The translations under genes and the position numbers were made by a program. The notes beneath the pieces were generated by a model. It worked only from the letters and a program-made list of their open reading frames with translations. It did not search any database and had not been told where the DNA came from. A DNA stretch of 59,914 nucleotides. Origin: Acidobacteriota bacterium. GTDB taxonomy: Bacteria > Acidobacteriota > UBA890. Positions 35,888 to 46,628 of the stretch are shown in pieces. The DNA lies in contig PCAP01000008.1 of NCBI GenBank assembly GCA_002731215.1, forward strand, positions 1-59,914, written 5' to 3'. Position 1 is the stretch's first letter, and each line of letters starts with the position of its first letter.

Positions 35888-38119
35888 CACGTCCGGATAT
35901 GGAAAGGGTGCCATCAGGGTTGTCGCAAGCACGTCAGCAGCGACCGCCGCCGATCCACAGGCTGCAGATGGAACCGACGCTAGTGCCATAGGCCCTCTGC
36001 CCGAGAGATCAATTAACCATCGTGTTGCCCGATGTAGCGGCGCTAACGATGCCAGAAGCCGGTCAAGGGTAACCAGCCGGCCAACTGAACCAACGTCAAC
36101 ACGGCCTTGAAGCGCTTTCTGAACGCCTGGAACCCAACCCACCATCTCCCCATCAAAAACGCCAACATGCCACCAGCCCGAATGGTCATCTGTGAATGTC
36201 CGCGGAGCCATCACCCTGTAGCCAGCCCGCAGTCCCAGAGTTGCTTCAGCCCGCACTGCATCGGGCCAAGCATTCGGCAATTGATTTTCGGCACCAAAAA
36301 CGGCAAGGCCCTGCCCCATTCCAATGGCTCGGAGTGTCACGTCAAATGCCGTCTCCGGTGCTCTTTCCACCAAACGATTGAGTGTCTGGCTTAACACCGC
36401 TGACTGCACGAGCCCGCTGGCAGCTCGAAGAGCCGCGGCAGAAGCTAACCCGCTTAACTGACCAATTGTCACTGGATCGTCCACGATCACCTCAAGTGAG
36501 CCAGGATGCGCATCCCCAGGGGGTCGCCAGCGTACCGCCGCCAGCCGCAACCCCTGGCGCACAACGCTCGCGGCGATGCTTTCGTCAGAAACACGATCCA
36601 TACCATGCAGTAAAGCCCAGGCCAGTGCCCCGGGCACTTCTTGTTTGAATGCATCCCATCCACCACGGGCTGCCACTTCCAGGGTTTCAACAGCATCGAA
36701 GTAAGAAATTGGCGGCAGCATGCTACTCCGTGCCATCTGTTCCAACCCAGCTAGGCGGTTAAGTCCGGCGTAAAGAAGTCTACCTCCAGCCGCGAGGCGT
36801 TCATCTGAAACTCGACCGGCCCCGATCACCAAGGCCAGGCTCCCTTCGGAACCACCCCCCCAAGGCACTTCCATGATCTGCGCCGGTACCCGTGGCGCCA
36901 CAACGGTGATCCGAACCGAAAGTGAATCAAGACTTGCCTCCTCGAAAGGACCAGCCTCGAGAACCCTCCCAGATAGCTCAAGCCGTGCTATCCAGGGACC
37001 AGATTCTGGGTCTAGGAAGATTCTTTGGAACGTCGCCGGACGGTGTGGCCGTGGGGGTACCGAGGGCCCAGGGGGATCAGGCTCGGTATCAAGAAGTGGT
37101 CCCAACGGCCTGGAAACTGGCTCGATCGGCCCGGGTAAAGTTGGCAGATTGGGCGCGCCAGGAGTGTGGTGTAGCTGCGGCAACAATCCGAGCCGTACAC
37201 CGATACGTTTCAGCTCCTGAAGTTCCCTGCTCACCAGTGTTTCGGAAAGCTCCCATAGCTTCACGGCGTCCCTTGAACGGGGCGTAAATCCCAGCAACAC
37301 CGTTTCACCGACAGCCTGCGCCACCGGCAACTCGACTTCCATGACGATGAGGTCCCCATGGCGCAACTCAAGTTGAACACGGGTTTCTAGTTCTGACGGG
37401 AGCTCCCCATGCCATTCGGATGGCGGAACCATGGACTCTCCAACAACAGTACCAACGAACGATGGATCAAGATCAACCCATTCCCCATTGCGTCGTGCTT
37501 GAATCCACCAGTGATCGGCGGCACCCTCCAACCACCGTGGCCATGGGTCGCCAGCCTCAGGAGCCTTCGGCATACTAGTCCCCATCACTAGAAGCGCTGC
37601 TTGCGACCAATTTAACCGGCCACGCGCTAAACGAGCCTCCCCTCCACGTGCTTCTAGCAGAGCGGCGAGCAAGAGCGCTTGATCAATGGCGTTACCAGCC
37701 CCTGATTCAAGTGTCCCACGTGCTCCCCGAACACTCCCCTCGTAGGGTGCGTACTCAATCGCCCCTTGGACGAATAGAAACGGAGCCTCCCACTCGGGAG
37801 GCAGACGGGCGGCGGCACCGGCAATGCTATATTCCGTGCCCGCTACCGGGCGAGCAAGATCTCTCGCGACACCACTCACGTCGACACGTTCAAAGAACGC
37901 GCGCAAGGTGCGCAACTCGTCGAATCGAATCGGCCTCACCAAGTCCCAATTCGTCGATACGTCCTCGATTTCTTGGGCTATCACCGACGACGGGGCCCAC
38001 AACTGAACCGGTTCGGTTGCCGCTAAAGATACAACGATAAGAGCGGCCAGCAATCCAGCCAAGACAATATATACGCGAAGCATAAAAGAGAAAGTAATGA
38101 TGGCACGACGCACTGTCAA
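35864..38119 (-). CDS. large membrane-anchored transglutaminase-like domain protein (nucleophile Cys apparently replaced)
   Basis: N-terminal TM. The GAGNAIDQALLLAALLEARG...HWWIQARRNGEWVDLDPS block resembles a transglutaminase core, but Ala sits where Cys is expected. About 500 aa of the C-terminal region is unassigned. Confidence 0.45.
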   Translation of the reverse strand: MTVRRAIITFSFMLRVYIVLAGLLAALIVVSLAATEPVQLWAPSSVIAQEIEDVSTNWDLVRPIRFDELRTLRAFFERVDVSGVARDLARPVAGTEYSIAGAAARLPPEWEAPFLFVQGAIEYAPYEGSVRGARGTLESGAGNAIDQALLLAALLEARGGEARLARGRLNWSQAALLVMGTSMPKAPEAGDPWPRWLEGAADHWWIQARRNGEWVDLDPSFVGTVVGESMVPPSEWHGELPSELETRVQLELRHGDLIVMEVELPVAQAVGETVLLGFTPRSRDAVKLWELSETLVSRELQELKRIGVRLGLLPQLHHTPGAPNLPTLPGPIEPVSRPLGPLLDTEPDPPGPSVPPRPHRPATFQRIFLDPESGPWIARLELSGRVLEAGPFEEASLDSLSVRITVVAPRVPAQIMEVPWGGGSEGSLALVIGAGRVSDERLAAGGRLLYAGLNRLAGLEQMARSSMLPPISYFDAVETLEVAARGGWDAFKQEVPGALAWALLHGMDRVSDESIAASVVRQGLRLAAVRWRPPGDAHPGSLEVIVDDPVTIGQLSGLASAAALRAASGLVQSAVLSQTLNRLVERAPETAFDVTLRAIGMGQGLAVFGAENQLPNAWPDAVRAEATLGLRAGYRVMAPRTFTDDHSGWWHVGVFDGEMVGWVPGVQKALQGRVDVGSVGRLVTLDRLLASLAPLHRATRWLIDLSGRGPMALASVPSAACGSAAVAADVLATTLMAPFPYPDVLSLCGPR

Positions 38120-38161
38120 TCAAGCAGACAGTCATATCTTTGCCCCTGCTACACTCCCATC

Positions 38162-39802
38162 ATGCGAAGTTTTTGGGTGCTGATCATTCTTGTACTGGGG
38201 ATGCTTGCCTCTGTGGCATGCACGCAACCGGTCTCAAACTATCCCGAGCTCGTTCTGACCGGCGGAGTTATCTACCCACTTGGAGATTCCAATGCCCCGG
38301 TACCAGCTTTGGCGATTCGTGGTGACAGAGTCACCGCGCTCGGCAATAACGCAGAAATTCTTGAGCTTGCTGGCCCGTACACTCAACAGATGGACCTCGA
38401 AGGGAGCAGCGTACTAGCCGGAACGTACGATGCATGGATAGACCTTGAGGCATTGGGTCGCTGGAGTTCAACTTCATTCGACGTTCGTCTCGCATCAAGC
38501 ATTGAAGAAGTACAAGCAATGGTTCGCAACGCGTCCGGAACGAATACCGCCAGCGGGTGGATCATTGGTTGGGGATGGGACGAGAACGATTGGCCTACGC
38601 CGATGCTTCCCGACCATAGTGCACTCGATGCGGTGACTACCGAGCGGCCTATTTTACTGTTACACCGCAATAGACAGTCAGCATGGCTGAACAGTCTCGG
38701 TATTGCATCCCTACCCAGCATAATGAACGCGGTGGACCCTGACACCATGACTTCTGTGGCTATTAATCAAACCAACGGTATTGTCACTGGACCTTCCTTG
38801 GACACCATAGTGAACGTGCTTACCGGAGATGCCAGGGAACGTGCCATATGGCTCGGAGAGGGAGCACGCCACGCGGCGAGTCGTGGAATCACCCGGGCTG
38901 GAACTACGCCGGTCGACGCAGAAACCATTGAAACCCTCCTTGAGCTTGAATATCACGGCCTCCTGCCATTGCGTGTCGATATCCGCCAGACGCCGCGAGC
39001 GGCTTTAGCGTATAGAGGAAGTAATCTTGAGCGGCAAGTACAAGAGAGTGTGCTGATTAGCGTCACGGCCGTTGGGCTGCGACTCGACGGCCCCTTGGCG
39101 TCAAAACTCGCAGCTCTTACGGCTCCTTACGAGGGCCACACAACGACCGGAAACCCAACCAATACCGAGGCAGTCTCCGTGGCAGCGGCTGCGAGTAATA
39201 AAGCCGGGTTGCCTCTCCATGTGCACGCATCAGGAGACCGCGCCATGAACACAGCCCTCGACGCCATCGCCGAAAGCGATGTCGCTGGCGGAATGATCAT
39301 TGGTTTTGATCTTCTCCCGGAGGAAGAAGGGGCCGCTCGGGCGGCCGGGCTAAACGTTGCAATTGCTGCAGCGCGCTTTTCAAATGACATATACCACTTA
39401 GATGAGTTGCTCGGAATCGAACGTACGGCACGGGCGCATGCCTGGAGTGACCTAGTCGCCGCTGGAGCACTCCTGAGTTTTGCGTCTGACGCCCCGACCT
39501 ATGAATTGCGTCCGTTAGCAACAATGGCAACAGCACTAACTCGACAAGACGTCAGTGGTTACCCTGCTGGCGGCTGGAATGCCTCTCAAATAGTTCCGCA
39601 TACCCGACTTATTCGGGCGCTAATTGGCAGTCCGGCCAAGCTTGTTTCTGGCAGTTCTGCGGACCTTGTAGTTTGGAGTGAAGATCCAATGACGGATGAC
39701 CCAGTGGCACTTCGCCGCGCAGAGGCGATGCTAACGATTGTTGCTGGTCGCGTTGCCTACAGTCGTGCTCTTGTCGGCACGCCCACGAGCCTCATGCATT
39801 AA
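38162..39802 (+). CDS. amidohydrolase family protein (amidohydrolase_3 / YtcJ-like), secreted or lipoprotein
   Basis: Signal peptide ending LASVAC, GGVIYPL...ALAIRGDRVTALG N-terminal beta-sandwich, and LPLHVHASGDRA metal site. Confidence 0.75.
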   Translation: MRSFWVLIILVLGMLASVACTQPVSNYPELVLTGGVIYPLGDSNAPVPALAIRGDRVTALGNNAEILELAGPYTQQMDLEGSSVLAGTYDAWIDLEALGRWSSTSFDVRLASSIEEVQAMVRNASGTNTASGWIIGWGWDENDWPTPMLPDHSALDAVTTERPILLLHRNRQSAWLNSLGIASLPSIMNAVDPDTMTSVAINQTNGIVTGPSLDTIVNVLTGDARERAIWLGEGARHAASRGITRAGTTPVDAETIETLLELEYHGLLPLRVDIRQTPRAALAYRGSNLERQVQESVLISVTAVGLRLDGPLASKLAALTAPYEGHTTTGNPTNTEAVSVAAAASNKAGLPLHVHASGDRAMNTALDAIAESDVAGGMIIGFDLLPEEEGAARAAGLNVAIAAARFSNDIYHLDELLGIERTARAHAWSDLVAAGALLSFASDAPTYELRPLATMATALTRQDVSGYPAGGWNASQIVPHTRLIRALIGSPAKLVSGSSADLVVWSEDPMTDDPVALRRAEAMLTIVAGRVAYSRALVGTPTSLMH

Positions 39803-39878
39803 CGCTGAGAACAACGATGGAAACAGACTCCATGGTATCCTGAGTACTCGCTGTTCTTGCCCCGATCGACGTGTGCTA

Positions 39879-40358
39879 ATGATGATCTTTCCGAGGGGCG
39901 TGGCGTCCGTGATGATTTTCACATTGCTCGGCGCCGGAGCCTGTGCGCCATCAGGCGAGCCCGAAGTTGTCGCAATCCGATACATACGTGCCATCAGTAG
40001 TGGTGATCCCGATACTGCCGTCATGCTACTTGACACGCCGAGGCTCGCAATTAGGGTTGAGGAGGAGATCCTCGTAGTAGAAAGTAGCGGCAGGGAATCG
40101 TTCCTTGAGGACTCGATTGAGACTTTACTATGGGGATTGTTTCGGGAAACTCGACCCGTCGATTTCGAATACGGTGCCACTCCGGCCAAGATCGATGGCG
40201 ATTCGGCGGAGGTTACAGTAACCAAGACGTCTCTAGACGGAACCACCCAAACTACCGCTGTACATTTGCGCAATACCGACCGCGGCTGGCGCGTTTCGGG
40301 AGCCTCTCTCGACCGTCTTGTTACCTTCGTGGTACAGCGGTTAACGGAGAAATATTAA
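39879..40358 (+). CDS. small putative lipoprotein (DUF4878-like)
   Basis: Start set at ATG 39879 (MMIFPRGVASVMIFTLLGAGAC signal). AIRYIRAISSGDPDTAVMLLD is reminiscent of DUF4878. Confidence 0.5.
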   Translation: MMIFPRGVASVMIFTLLGAGACAPSGEPEVVAIRYIRAISSGDPDTAVMLLDTPRLAIRVEEEILVVESSGRESFLEDSIETLLWGLFRETRPVDFEYGATPAKIDGDSAEVTVTKTSLDGTTQTTAVHLRNTDRGWRVSGASLDRLVTFVVQRLTEKY

Positions 40359-40404
40359 ACCTGTCGAGCACTTCCCGCTGAAAGACTTGTAAGGAGGAGC
40401 CACC

Positions 40405-41142
40405 ATGTCGCGCCTTATTGCTATTCTCACAACTCTCGCTGCCATTTCTATGTTCACGGTCGGATGCGCTGGTGGCAGTGGCGGACCCTTGAGTACCTTG
40501 ATGGATCAGGTTCGTCTCGACGACCCGTTAGCGGACCGAACATATATCCAAAATCAGGATGTCATCGAAGTATCTGAGTCGGTTCCTGCCCTCATTGAAT
40601 ATCTTTCGAACGACGAATCACCGAAGGTCAATGCCTGGGCAGCACTGATATTGGGCCGCATCGGAGACCCTCAGGCTGTGCCGGCACTAACCGCGGCGTT
40701 AAGCAATAACGACGCCGACACTCGAAACCGTGCTGTCGGTGCCCTCAGTCTCATCGGGGAAACTGAGGCAGAAGAAGCCTTCATTGAGGCACTCCGGTCG
40801 GGTAACCGGGATGCGCGGATCACGGCATTGGTGGAGCTTGAGAAAACACTTAGCATTAACGCAATCCCCGCGATAGCCGATACGGCGCGAGCAAATGATG
40901 GGATGGTGAGTAAGAATGCCATCGACACGCTGGGTGGCATCGGCGATGCGTCGTCGACAGCACCGCTTGTGGAGATTGCCCTCAGCACTAACATGGACGA
41001 CAACCTCCGCCGCGCTGCCATCATGAACTTGCACCGGATGACGATTCCAGAGGCAGCTGCAGGGCTTCAGGAAGTCATTGCCGGGCTTGCTGGACAAGAA
41101 GGCACTGACGAACTCCTTCAGCTGGCCCGCGACCAAGGCTAA
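40405..41142 (+). CDS. HEAT-repeat lipoprotein
   Basis: Lipobox FTVGC. Repeated ...VR..AA.ALG.IGD..AVP.L-type HEAT/PBS-lyase repeats. Confidence 0.7.
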   Translation: MSRLIAILTTLAAISMFTVGCAGGSGGPLSTLMDQVRLDDPLADRTYIQNQDVIEVSESVPALIEYLSNDESPKVNAWAALILGRIGDPQAVPALTAALSNNDADTRNRAVGALSLIGETEAEEAFIEALRSGNRDARITALVELEKTLSINAIPAIADTARANDGMVSKNAIDTLGGIGDASSTAPLVEIALSTNMDDNLRRAAIMNLHRMTIPEAAAGLQEVIAGLAGQEGTDELLQLARDQG

Positions 41143-41180
41143 TTCTTCCCGGTTTCAGGATTCATGGAGGTTCACCCCGA

Positions 41181-43103
41181 ATGGATGAGACTGCTCTCGA
41201 TTCCATCCTTGAAGTACAGGAAGCTGTAGAGGCACCCGCCGATTTTATTGCCAACGCAGTTATTGCTAACCCCGCTGCCCAACGCGCCTCTGCAGCGGAG
41301 GACCCAGAGGCGGTATGGGAAGCTGCAGCTAATGAACTTGAGTGGTTCCGACCTTGGCACACCGTTGTCGAGGGAGATCCCCCCGACTTTTCTTGGTTCC
41401 CTGGCGCCCAGTGCAACATTGTCTACAACGCCATTGAGCGACATCTCCTAACCTGGAGGCGGCACAAGGTAGCGCTAATTTGGGAAGGGGAAAACGGCGA
41501 CCGGCAGGTGTTCACCTTTGCCGAGCTCGCCCGTGAGATCAACCTGCTCGCCTCTGCTCTGCGGGCACGCGGGATAGGCAAAGGTGATCGAATTACCCTG
41601 TATATGGGTGTGTCACCACAGCTTGCTATTGCAATGCTGGCATCGGCCAAAATCGGGGCCGTCCATAGCGTTGTGTTCGGTGGATTTTCCGCTGATGCAC
41701 TCCGTGACCGTATCCAGGATGCCAAAGCCAAGGCACTGATTACTGCAGATGGTGCCTACTATCGGGGCAACGTTGTCCCACTCAAATCTGCAGCCAATGC
41801 CGCCGCCGCTGAGTGTCCCACCCTTGAGTGCGTCATTGTCCACCAACGCTGTGGCGTCGAGGTCGAGATGGTCACCGGTCGCGATATCTGGTGGCACGAC
41901 TTTGTCGCTGACGCTTCTACCGAAGCAGACACAGAGGTTATGGAGGCCAACGACCCACTGTACATTCTCTACACTTCTGGAACGACTGGCCGCCCGAAAG
42001 GCATCCAACATCGACATGGCGGCTATATGGTGGGTACCTACCTGACAACTAAGTGGGTCTTTGATCTGAAGGACACTGATTTGTACTGGTGTGTAGCTGA
42101 TATGGGTTGGGTCACTGGCCACTCTTATGTGGTGTATGGGCCCCTGCTGAACGGCACCACGGTCTTTATGGCCGAGGGAGCACCAGACTACCCAGACATG
42201 GGCCGCTGGTGGCGAACTATTGATCGATACGGAATAAATATTTTGTATGCTACTCCAACCGCTATTCGCATGTTCATGCGTGCTGGCGAGGATTGGCCAA
42301 ACCAGTTTGACCTTTCCAGCCTACGTCTATTAGGTACTGTAGGTGAGCCGATCAATCCCGAAGCATGGCGCTGGTTTGATCGCGTCATTGGCAAAGGCCG
42401 TTGTCCAATCGTCGATACTTGGTGGCAAACGGAAACTGGATCGATCCTAATTACAACGCTTCCTGCGGAACCACAGAAACCTGGTTCAGCAGGCCTTCCT
42501 TTCCCAGGCATCGACGCCGAAGTGGTGGACAAGGAGGGTAACCCGTGCGCACCGGGCAAAGGTGGCTGGCTTGTAATCCGCAGGCCTTGGCCATCGATGT
42601 TGGCAACCATCTATGGGGACCACGACCGGTACGTTGAAACATATTGGGCAGCGGTGCCCGGCTGCTACGCGGCCGGCGATGCAGCTGTGCGTGATACAGA
42701 CGGATACATTCGAGTACTCGGCCGCATGGACGATGTGCTAAACGTCGCTGGTCATCGGCTCGGAACCATGGAAATCGAAAGCACGTTAGTTGCACATAAC
42801 GCGGTGGCCGAGGCTGCAGTTATCGGCGTAGCCGATGACCTTAAAGGCCAAGTACCAAAAGCGTTTGTGATTCTTTCCGTCGGCACGAACGCCAGCGACA
42901 ACCTCCGCAATGAATTACGGGACCATGTGGCTCAAACTATCGGGAAAATAGCTCGTCCCGGTTCGGTCGAGTTCGTCGAAACATTACCGAAGACACGTTC
43001 CGGGAAAATCATGCGTCGCCTTCTGAAGGCCAAAGAAGCTGGACACGAAATTGGTGATACCTCGACCCTAGACCCAATGAGTTTTGCCGACGGAGAAGAG
43101 TAA
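41181..43103 (+). CDS. acs: acetyl-CoA synthetase (AMP-forming)
   Basis: 640 aa. YTSGTTGRPKG, WWQTETG, GYIRVLGRMDDVLNVAGHR, PKTRSGKIMRR. Confidence 0.95.
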   Translation: MDETALDSILEVQEAVEAPADFIANAVIANPAAQRASAAEDPEAVWEAAANELEWFRPWHTVVEGDPPDFSWFPGAQCNIVYNAIERHLLTWRRHKVALIWEGENGDRQVFTFAELAREINLLASALRARGIGKGDRITLYMGVSPQLAIAMLASAKIGAVHSVVFGGFSADALRDRIQDAKAKALITADGAYYRGNVVPLKSAANAAAAECPTLECVIVHQRCGVEVEMVTGRDIWWHDFVADASTEADTEVMEANDPLYILYTSGTTGRPKGIQHRHGGYMVGTYLTTKWVFDLKDTDLYWCVADMGWVTGHSYVVYGPLLNGTTVFMAEGAPDYPDMGRWWRTIDRYGINILYATPTAIRMFMRAGEDWPNQFDLSSLRLLGTVGEPINPEAWRWFDRVIGKGRCPIVDTWWQTETGSILITTLPAEPQKPGSAGLPFPGIDAEVVDKEGNPCAPGKGGWLVIRRPWPSMLATIYGDHDRYVETYWAAVPGCYAAGDAAVRDTDGYIRVLGRMDDVLNVAGHRLGTMEIESTLVAHNAVAEAAVIGVADDLKGQVPKAFVILSVGTNASDNLRNELRDHVAQTIGKIARPGSVEFVETLPKTRSGKIMRRLLKAKEAGHEIGDTSTLDPMSFADGEE

Positions 43104-43172
43104 GGGCAGCGAGGGACATCAATGGGCAAACAGGCCCGATCGACTCAGTTAGCGAGAATAGCGAAAATGCAG

Positions 43173-43245
43173 TGGACCGTGGGGGATTCGAACCCCCGAC
43201 CTCCGGCATGCGAGGCCGGCGCTCTCCCAACTGAGCTAACGGCCC
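43173..43245 (-). tRNA. tRNA-Ala (anticodon CGC)
   Basis: The minus strand reads GGGCCGTTAGCTCAGTTGGGAGAGCGCCGGCCTCGCATGCCGGAGGTCGGGGGTTCGAATCCCCCACGGTCCA. It folds as a cloverleaf with a G3:U70 identity pair and anticodon loop CT-CGC-AT. CCA is not encoded. Confidence 0.95.
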
Positions 43246-43256
43246 AAAACAACTGC

Positions 43257-43628
43257 CTAGTCCGATGAACCTGCCGCACCCACCATCTCGATGATGACCA
43301 TCTCGGCTCGATCACCAGCCCGGGCGCCAAGACGCATGATACGTGTGTAACCGCCCGGTCGCTCAGCGTAGCGAGGCGCTAATTCATTGAACACTTTGCT
43401 CAGAACATCCTTGTCTCGGATGACTCGGGAGGCATGGCGACGAGCATGAAGTGTGTCGCGTTTACCTAGCGTTACTAGCCGTTCAGCAACAGGACGAACC
43501 GCCTTGGCTTTAGCTAGCGTTGTCTTTACACGTTCATGACGTAGCAGATCTGTGGCAAGGTTCCGAAGCATTGCTCGGCGATGCGAAGCATCACGGCCCA
43601 GCTTGGCGACCTTTTTCCGGTGGCGCAT
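43257..43628 (-). CDS. rplQ: 50S ribosomal protein L17 (bL17)
   Basis: [24 protein letters not shown]..., last gene of the alpha operon. Confidence 0.97.
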   Translation of the reverse strand: MRHRKKVAKLGRDASHRRAMLRNLATDLLRHERVKTTLAKAKAVRPVAERLVTLGKRDTLHARRHASRVIRDKDVLSKVFNELAPRYAERPGGYTRIMRLGARAGDRAEMVIIEMVGAAGSSD

Positions 43629-43654
43629 GGTTCGCTACTCCGTATCGCGATGTG

Positions 43655-44647
43655 TCAATCCGCCGGTGGGACGGGCGGCAGGTCGGACAAATCCATTCCG
43701 GGGGCCAGATCAAGTTCTGCAAGGACTTCTTTTATTTCCTCCAGAGATTTCTTGCCAAAGTTTTTCGTCTTGAGCATCTCGGATTCAGTCTTTTGGACCA
43801 AGTCCCGAATCGTCTGAATGTCAGCATTCTTCAAACAGTTGTAGGACCGAACCGACAGTTCAAGCTCATCTACAGGTCTCTCCAATGTGGCCTGAAAGGC
43901 GGTCAGGTCCTCATCTGGTTCTTCGACCTCTGCTTCCGGTTCCTCCTCAAAATCAACAAAGATGGCAAGATGGTCTCGAATCAGTTTTGCGGCAAGGGCC
44001 ACAGCGCGGTCAGGTGTAACTGTACCGTTAGTCCAACATTCGAGAACCAACCGCTCATAACTCGTATCACGTCCCAGGCGAGCAGTCTCAATCGCATAAT
44101 TAACTCTGCGCACAGGCGAGTGTACCGAGTCCATCAAGATCCAACCGACGCTCATATCTTCTTCAAGATTGCGTTCAGCGGATACGTACCCGCGACCATT
44201 ACAGAGACGCAGCTCCATTGACAAATGGCCACCTTTCGACAGGGTGCAGATATGTGTGTCAGGAGCCAGGCATTCGAAATCCGGGTCTTCCTCAATATCC
44301 CCGGCGGTTACCTCTCCGGCCCGCTTTACATTAAGAACGAGGGTTTTAGATTTGTCAGTGTGCAGCCGAAAAGGAATGTCCTTGAGATTCAGAATCAGAT
44401 CGGTAGTGTCTTCAACAATGTCTGGGAGTGAACTGAATTCGTGCAGCACACCTTCGATCTTGATACCGGTGATTGCAGCACCCTCGATAGATGAGAGCAA
44501 CACGCGGCGCATGGCATGACCAACCGTAACCGCAAAACCCCGCTCGAACGGCTGAGCAGAAAATTTGCCGTAACGGTCCGTTAGTGACTCCAGATCAAAC
44601 TCAAGCCTCTTGGGCCGCTGGAAACCGGTCCAAAGCATTCTCCTCAT
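43655..44647 (-). CDS. rpoA: DNA-directed RNA polymerase subunit alpha
   Basis: 330 aa with an N-terminal dimerisation domain and a C-terminal domain ([22 protein letters not shown]). Confidence 0.97.
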   Translation of the reverse strand: MRRMLWTGFQRPKRLEFDLESLTDRYGKFSAQPFERGFAVTVGHAMRRVLLSSIEGAAITGIKIEGVLHEFSSLPDIVEDTTDLILNLKDIPFRLHTDKSKTLVLNVKRAGEVTAGDIEEDPDFECLAPDTHICTLSKGGHLSMELRLCNGRGYVSAERNLEEDMSVGWILMDSVHSPVRRVNYAIETARLGRDTSYERLVLECWTNGTVTPDRAVALAAKLIRDHLAIFVDFEEEPEAEVEEPDEDLTAFQATLERPVDELELSVRSYNCLKNADIQTIRDLVQKTESEMLKTKNFGKKSLEEIKEVLAELDLAPGMDLSDLPPVPPAD

Positions 44648-44708
44648 CCTTCCTGATCCCCCCGCAGGGCGGGTACGATTCTCTTCTGTTGTGTTGTCGA
44701 GGGACCCG

Positions 44709-45338
44709 TTACTTCGAGTAAAGCTCGACGATTAGCTGTTCTTGAATTTCGATATCGATGTCCACACGTGTCGGCAATTGGACTACGCTCCCCTGTAACG
44801 CGTCGAGATCAGCCTGTAACCAGTTAGGCGTTTGGACAGCCGCAGCATTTTCAGCAGCCATCTTGATTTCGACATTGTTCTTCGAGCCCGGTGCCACCGC
44901 GATAAGGTCACCCTGACTAGTTTGATACGACGGAATATCGATACGACCACCATTCACTTGGATGTGCCCGTGTCGGACGATCTGCCTGGCATGAGCGCGC
45001 GAAAGAGCCAATCCAATCCTGTACACGACGTTATCGAGGCGCCGCTCAAGACCAATTAGAAGATCCTCACCGGTGATCCCGCGGCGCTGTGCCGCCTCTT
45101 TAAAATACTTACGGAACTGACGCTCGAAGATGCCATAAATACGTTTGACCTTTTGCTTTTCACGTAACTGCACCTGATAATCCGATGGGCGACGGCCTCG
45201 ACGTCGACCATGCTGCCCTGGAGGGTAGTTACGGCGCTCAATGGCACACTTGTCCGACAAGCAACGGCTGCCCTTAAGAAACAGCTTAGCGCCTTCGCGT
45301 CGACAAAGTCTGCATACGGGACCACTGTAGCGAGCCAC
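44709..45338 (-). CDS. rpsD: 30S ribosomal protein S4 (uS4)
   Basis: [23 protein letters not shown]... Confidence 0.97.
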   Translation of the reverse strand: MARYSGPVCRLCRREGAKLFLKGSRCLSDKCAIERRNYPPGQHGRRRGRRPSDYQVQLREKQKVKRIYGIFERQFRKYFKEAAQRRGITGEDLLIGLERRLDNVVYRIGLALSRAHARQIVRHGHIQVNGGRIDIPSYQTSQGDLIAVAPGSKNNVEIKMAAENAAAVQTPNWLQADLDALQGSVVQLPTRVDIDIEIQEQLIVELYSK

Positions 45339-45359
45339 TACTTCCTCCTATGCCTGTCC

Positions 45360-45746
45360 TCAGACCCTGCGGCGCTTCCGTGCACGGCACCCGTTGTGTG
45401 GGATCGGGGTAACGTCGCGCACCGAAATGACGTCTAGTCCAGCAGTCTGCAGGGCCCGCATCGCCGATTCGCGGCCCGAACCTGGACCCTTGACACGAAC
45501 CTCCACACGCTTCATTCCATGCTCTCGTGCCTTCTGCGCCGCGTCTTGGGCGGCGATCTGTGCTGCAAACGGTGTCCCCTTACGCGAACCCTTGAAACCA
45601 TTTGAGCCAGCACTCGACCAAGCCACCGCGTTTCCGTCACGGTCTGAGATTAAAATCAAAGTGTTATTGAACGAGGCCTGGATATGGGCAATACCATCAG
45701 GCACGTTCTTCTTAACTTTCTTTTTTCCTGTTTTGCGTTTTTCCAT
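45360..45746 (-). CDS. rpsK: 30S ribosomal protein S11 (uS11)
   Basis: [18 protein letters not shown]...[14 protein letters not shown]. Confidence 0.97.
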   Translation of the reverse strand: MEKRKTGKKKVKKNVPDGIAHIQASFNNTLILISDRDGNAVAWSSAGSNGFKGSRKGTPFAAQIAAQDAAQKAREHGMKRVEVRVKGPGSGRESAMRALQTAGLDVISVRDVTPIPHNGCRARKRRRV

Positions 45747-45760
45747 CTGATTATGCGTTC

Positions 45761-46141
45761 CTAGTGACGTGCGACCGCCTTCTGCTTTACGGCCAATCGC
45801 TTAGGGCCCTTCCGAGTGCGAGCATTGGTCTTAGTTTTCTGGCCTCGAACCGGCATGTTGCGACGGTGGCGAAGTCCACGGTATGAACCGATCTCAATCA
45901 GTCGTTTGATGTTCATCTGAATTTCCTTGCGAAGATCGCCTTCCACCCCCCCATCACGGTCAATAATCTGGCGAATACGACTGACTTCTTGCTCAGTGAG
46001 GTCCTTTACCCGTTGATCCGGCTCGACTTTAGCGCTGGCAAGTATTTCAAGCGACCGTCCTCGACCAATGCCATAAATACTGGTCAGCGCAATCTCGATA
46101 CGCTTTTCCAAGCGCAAGTCAATTCCGGCAATACGAGCCAT
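45761..46141 (-). CDS. rpsM: 30S ribosomal protein S13 (uS13)
   Basis: MARIAGIDL... The ATG at 46141 has GGAG 8 nt upstream. The ORF-track TTG start at 46147 is less likely. Confidence 0.95.
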   Translation of the reverse strand: MARIAGIDLRLEKRIEIALTSIYGIGRGRSLEILASAKVEPDQRVKDLTEQEVSRIRQIIDRDGGVEGDLRKEIQMNIKRLIEIGSYRGLRHRRNMPVRGQKTKTNARTRKGPKRLAVKQKAVARH

Positions 46142-46182
46142 CCCCAAGTCTCCTTCGACAAACCTAACAGCGGTTCAGCCGA

Positions 46183-46296
46183 CTACCCCTGTCGCTGTTT
46201 ATGCTTCGGGTTTTCACAGATCACATACACCCGTCCACGACGGTTGACGATCTGGCACTTGTCACACATACGACGCACTGATGCACGAACCTTCAC
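46183..46296 (-). CDS. rpmJ: 50S ribosomal protein L36 (bL36), not in ORF track
   Basis: Manual translation of the minus strand gives (GTG)[36 protein letters not shown]-stop, 37 aa. It holds the canonical position between infA and rpsM. Confidence 0.93.
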   Translation of the reverse strand: MKVRASVRRMCDKCQIVNRRGRVYVICENPKHKQRQG

Positions 46297-46386
46297 GAAT
46301 AACACCTTTCGGGGGGTTGTCCTGCACGGACGTGAAGCAGGCTATTTTACCAGCCTACCGCTCCGTCCGACAGCCAACCCGAACCT

Positions 46387-46608
46387 TCATTTGTAACGAT
46401 ATATGATTCGTCCCCGAGACAGGTCATAGGGAGAAAGCTCAACAAGCACCTCGTCACCTGGGAGGATACGAATAAAATACTTGCGCATCTTCCCTGAAAT
46501 GTACGCTAATATCTTGTGTCCGTTCTCCAGTTCGATACGAAAACTGGCGTTAGGCAAGCACTCGGTAACCTTTGCTCTAACTTCTATTACTTCTTCTTTT
46601 TCCGACAT
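46387..46608 (-). CDS. infA: translation initiation factor IF-1
   Basis: 73 aa. [42 protein letters not shown]. Confidence 0.97.
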   Translation of the reverse strand: MSEKEEVIEVRAKVTECLPNASFRIELENGHKILAYISGKMRKYFIRILPGDEVLVELSPYDLSRGRIIYRYK

Positions 46609-46628
46609 GCGTCCTCGAGATGAATTCC

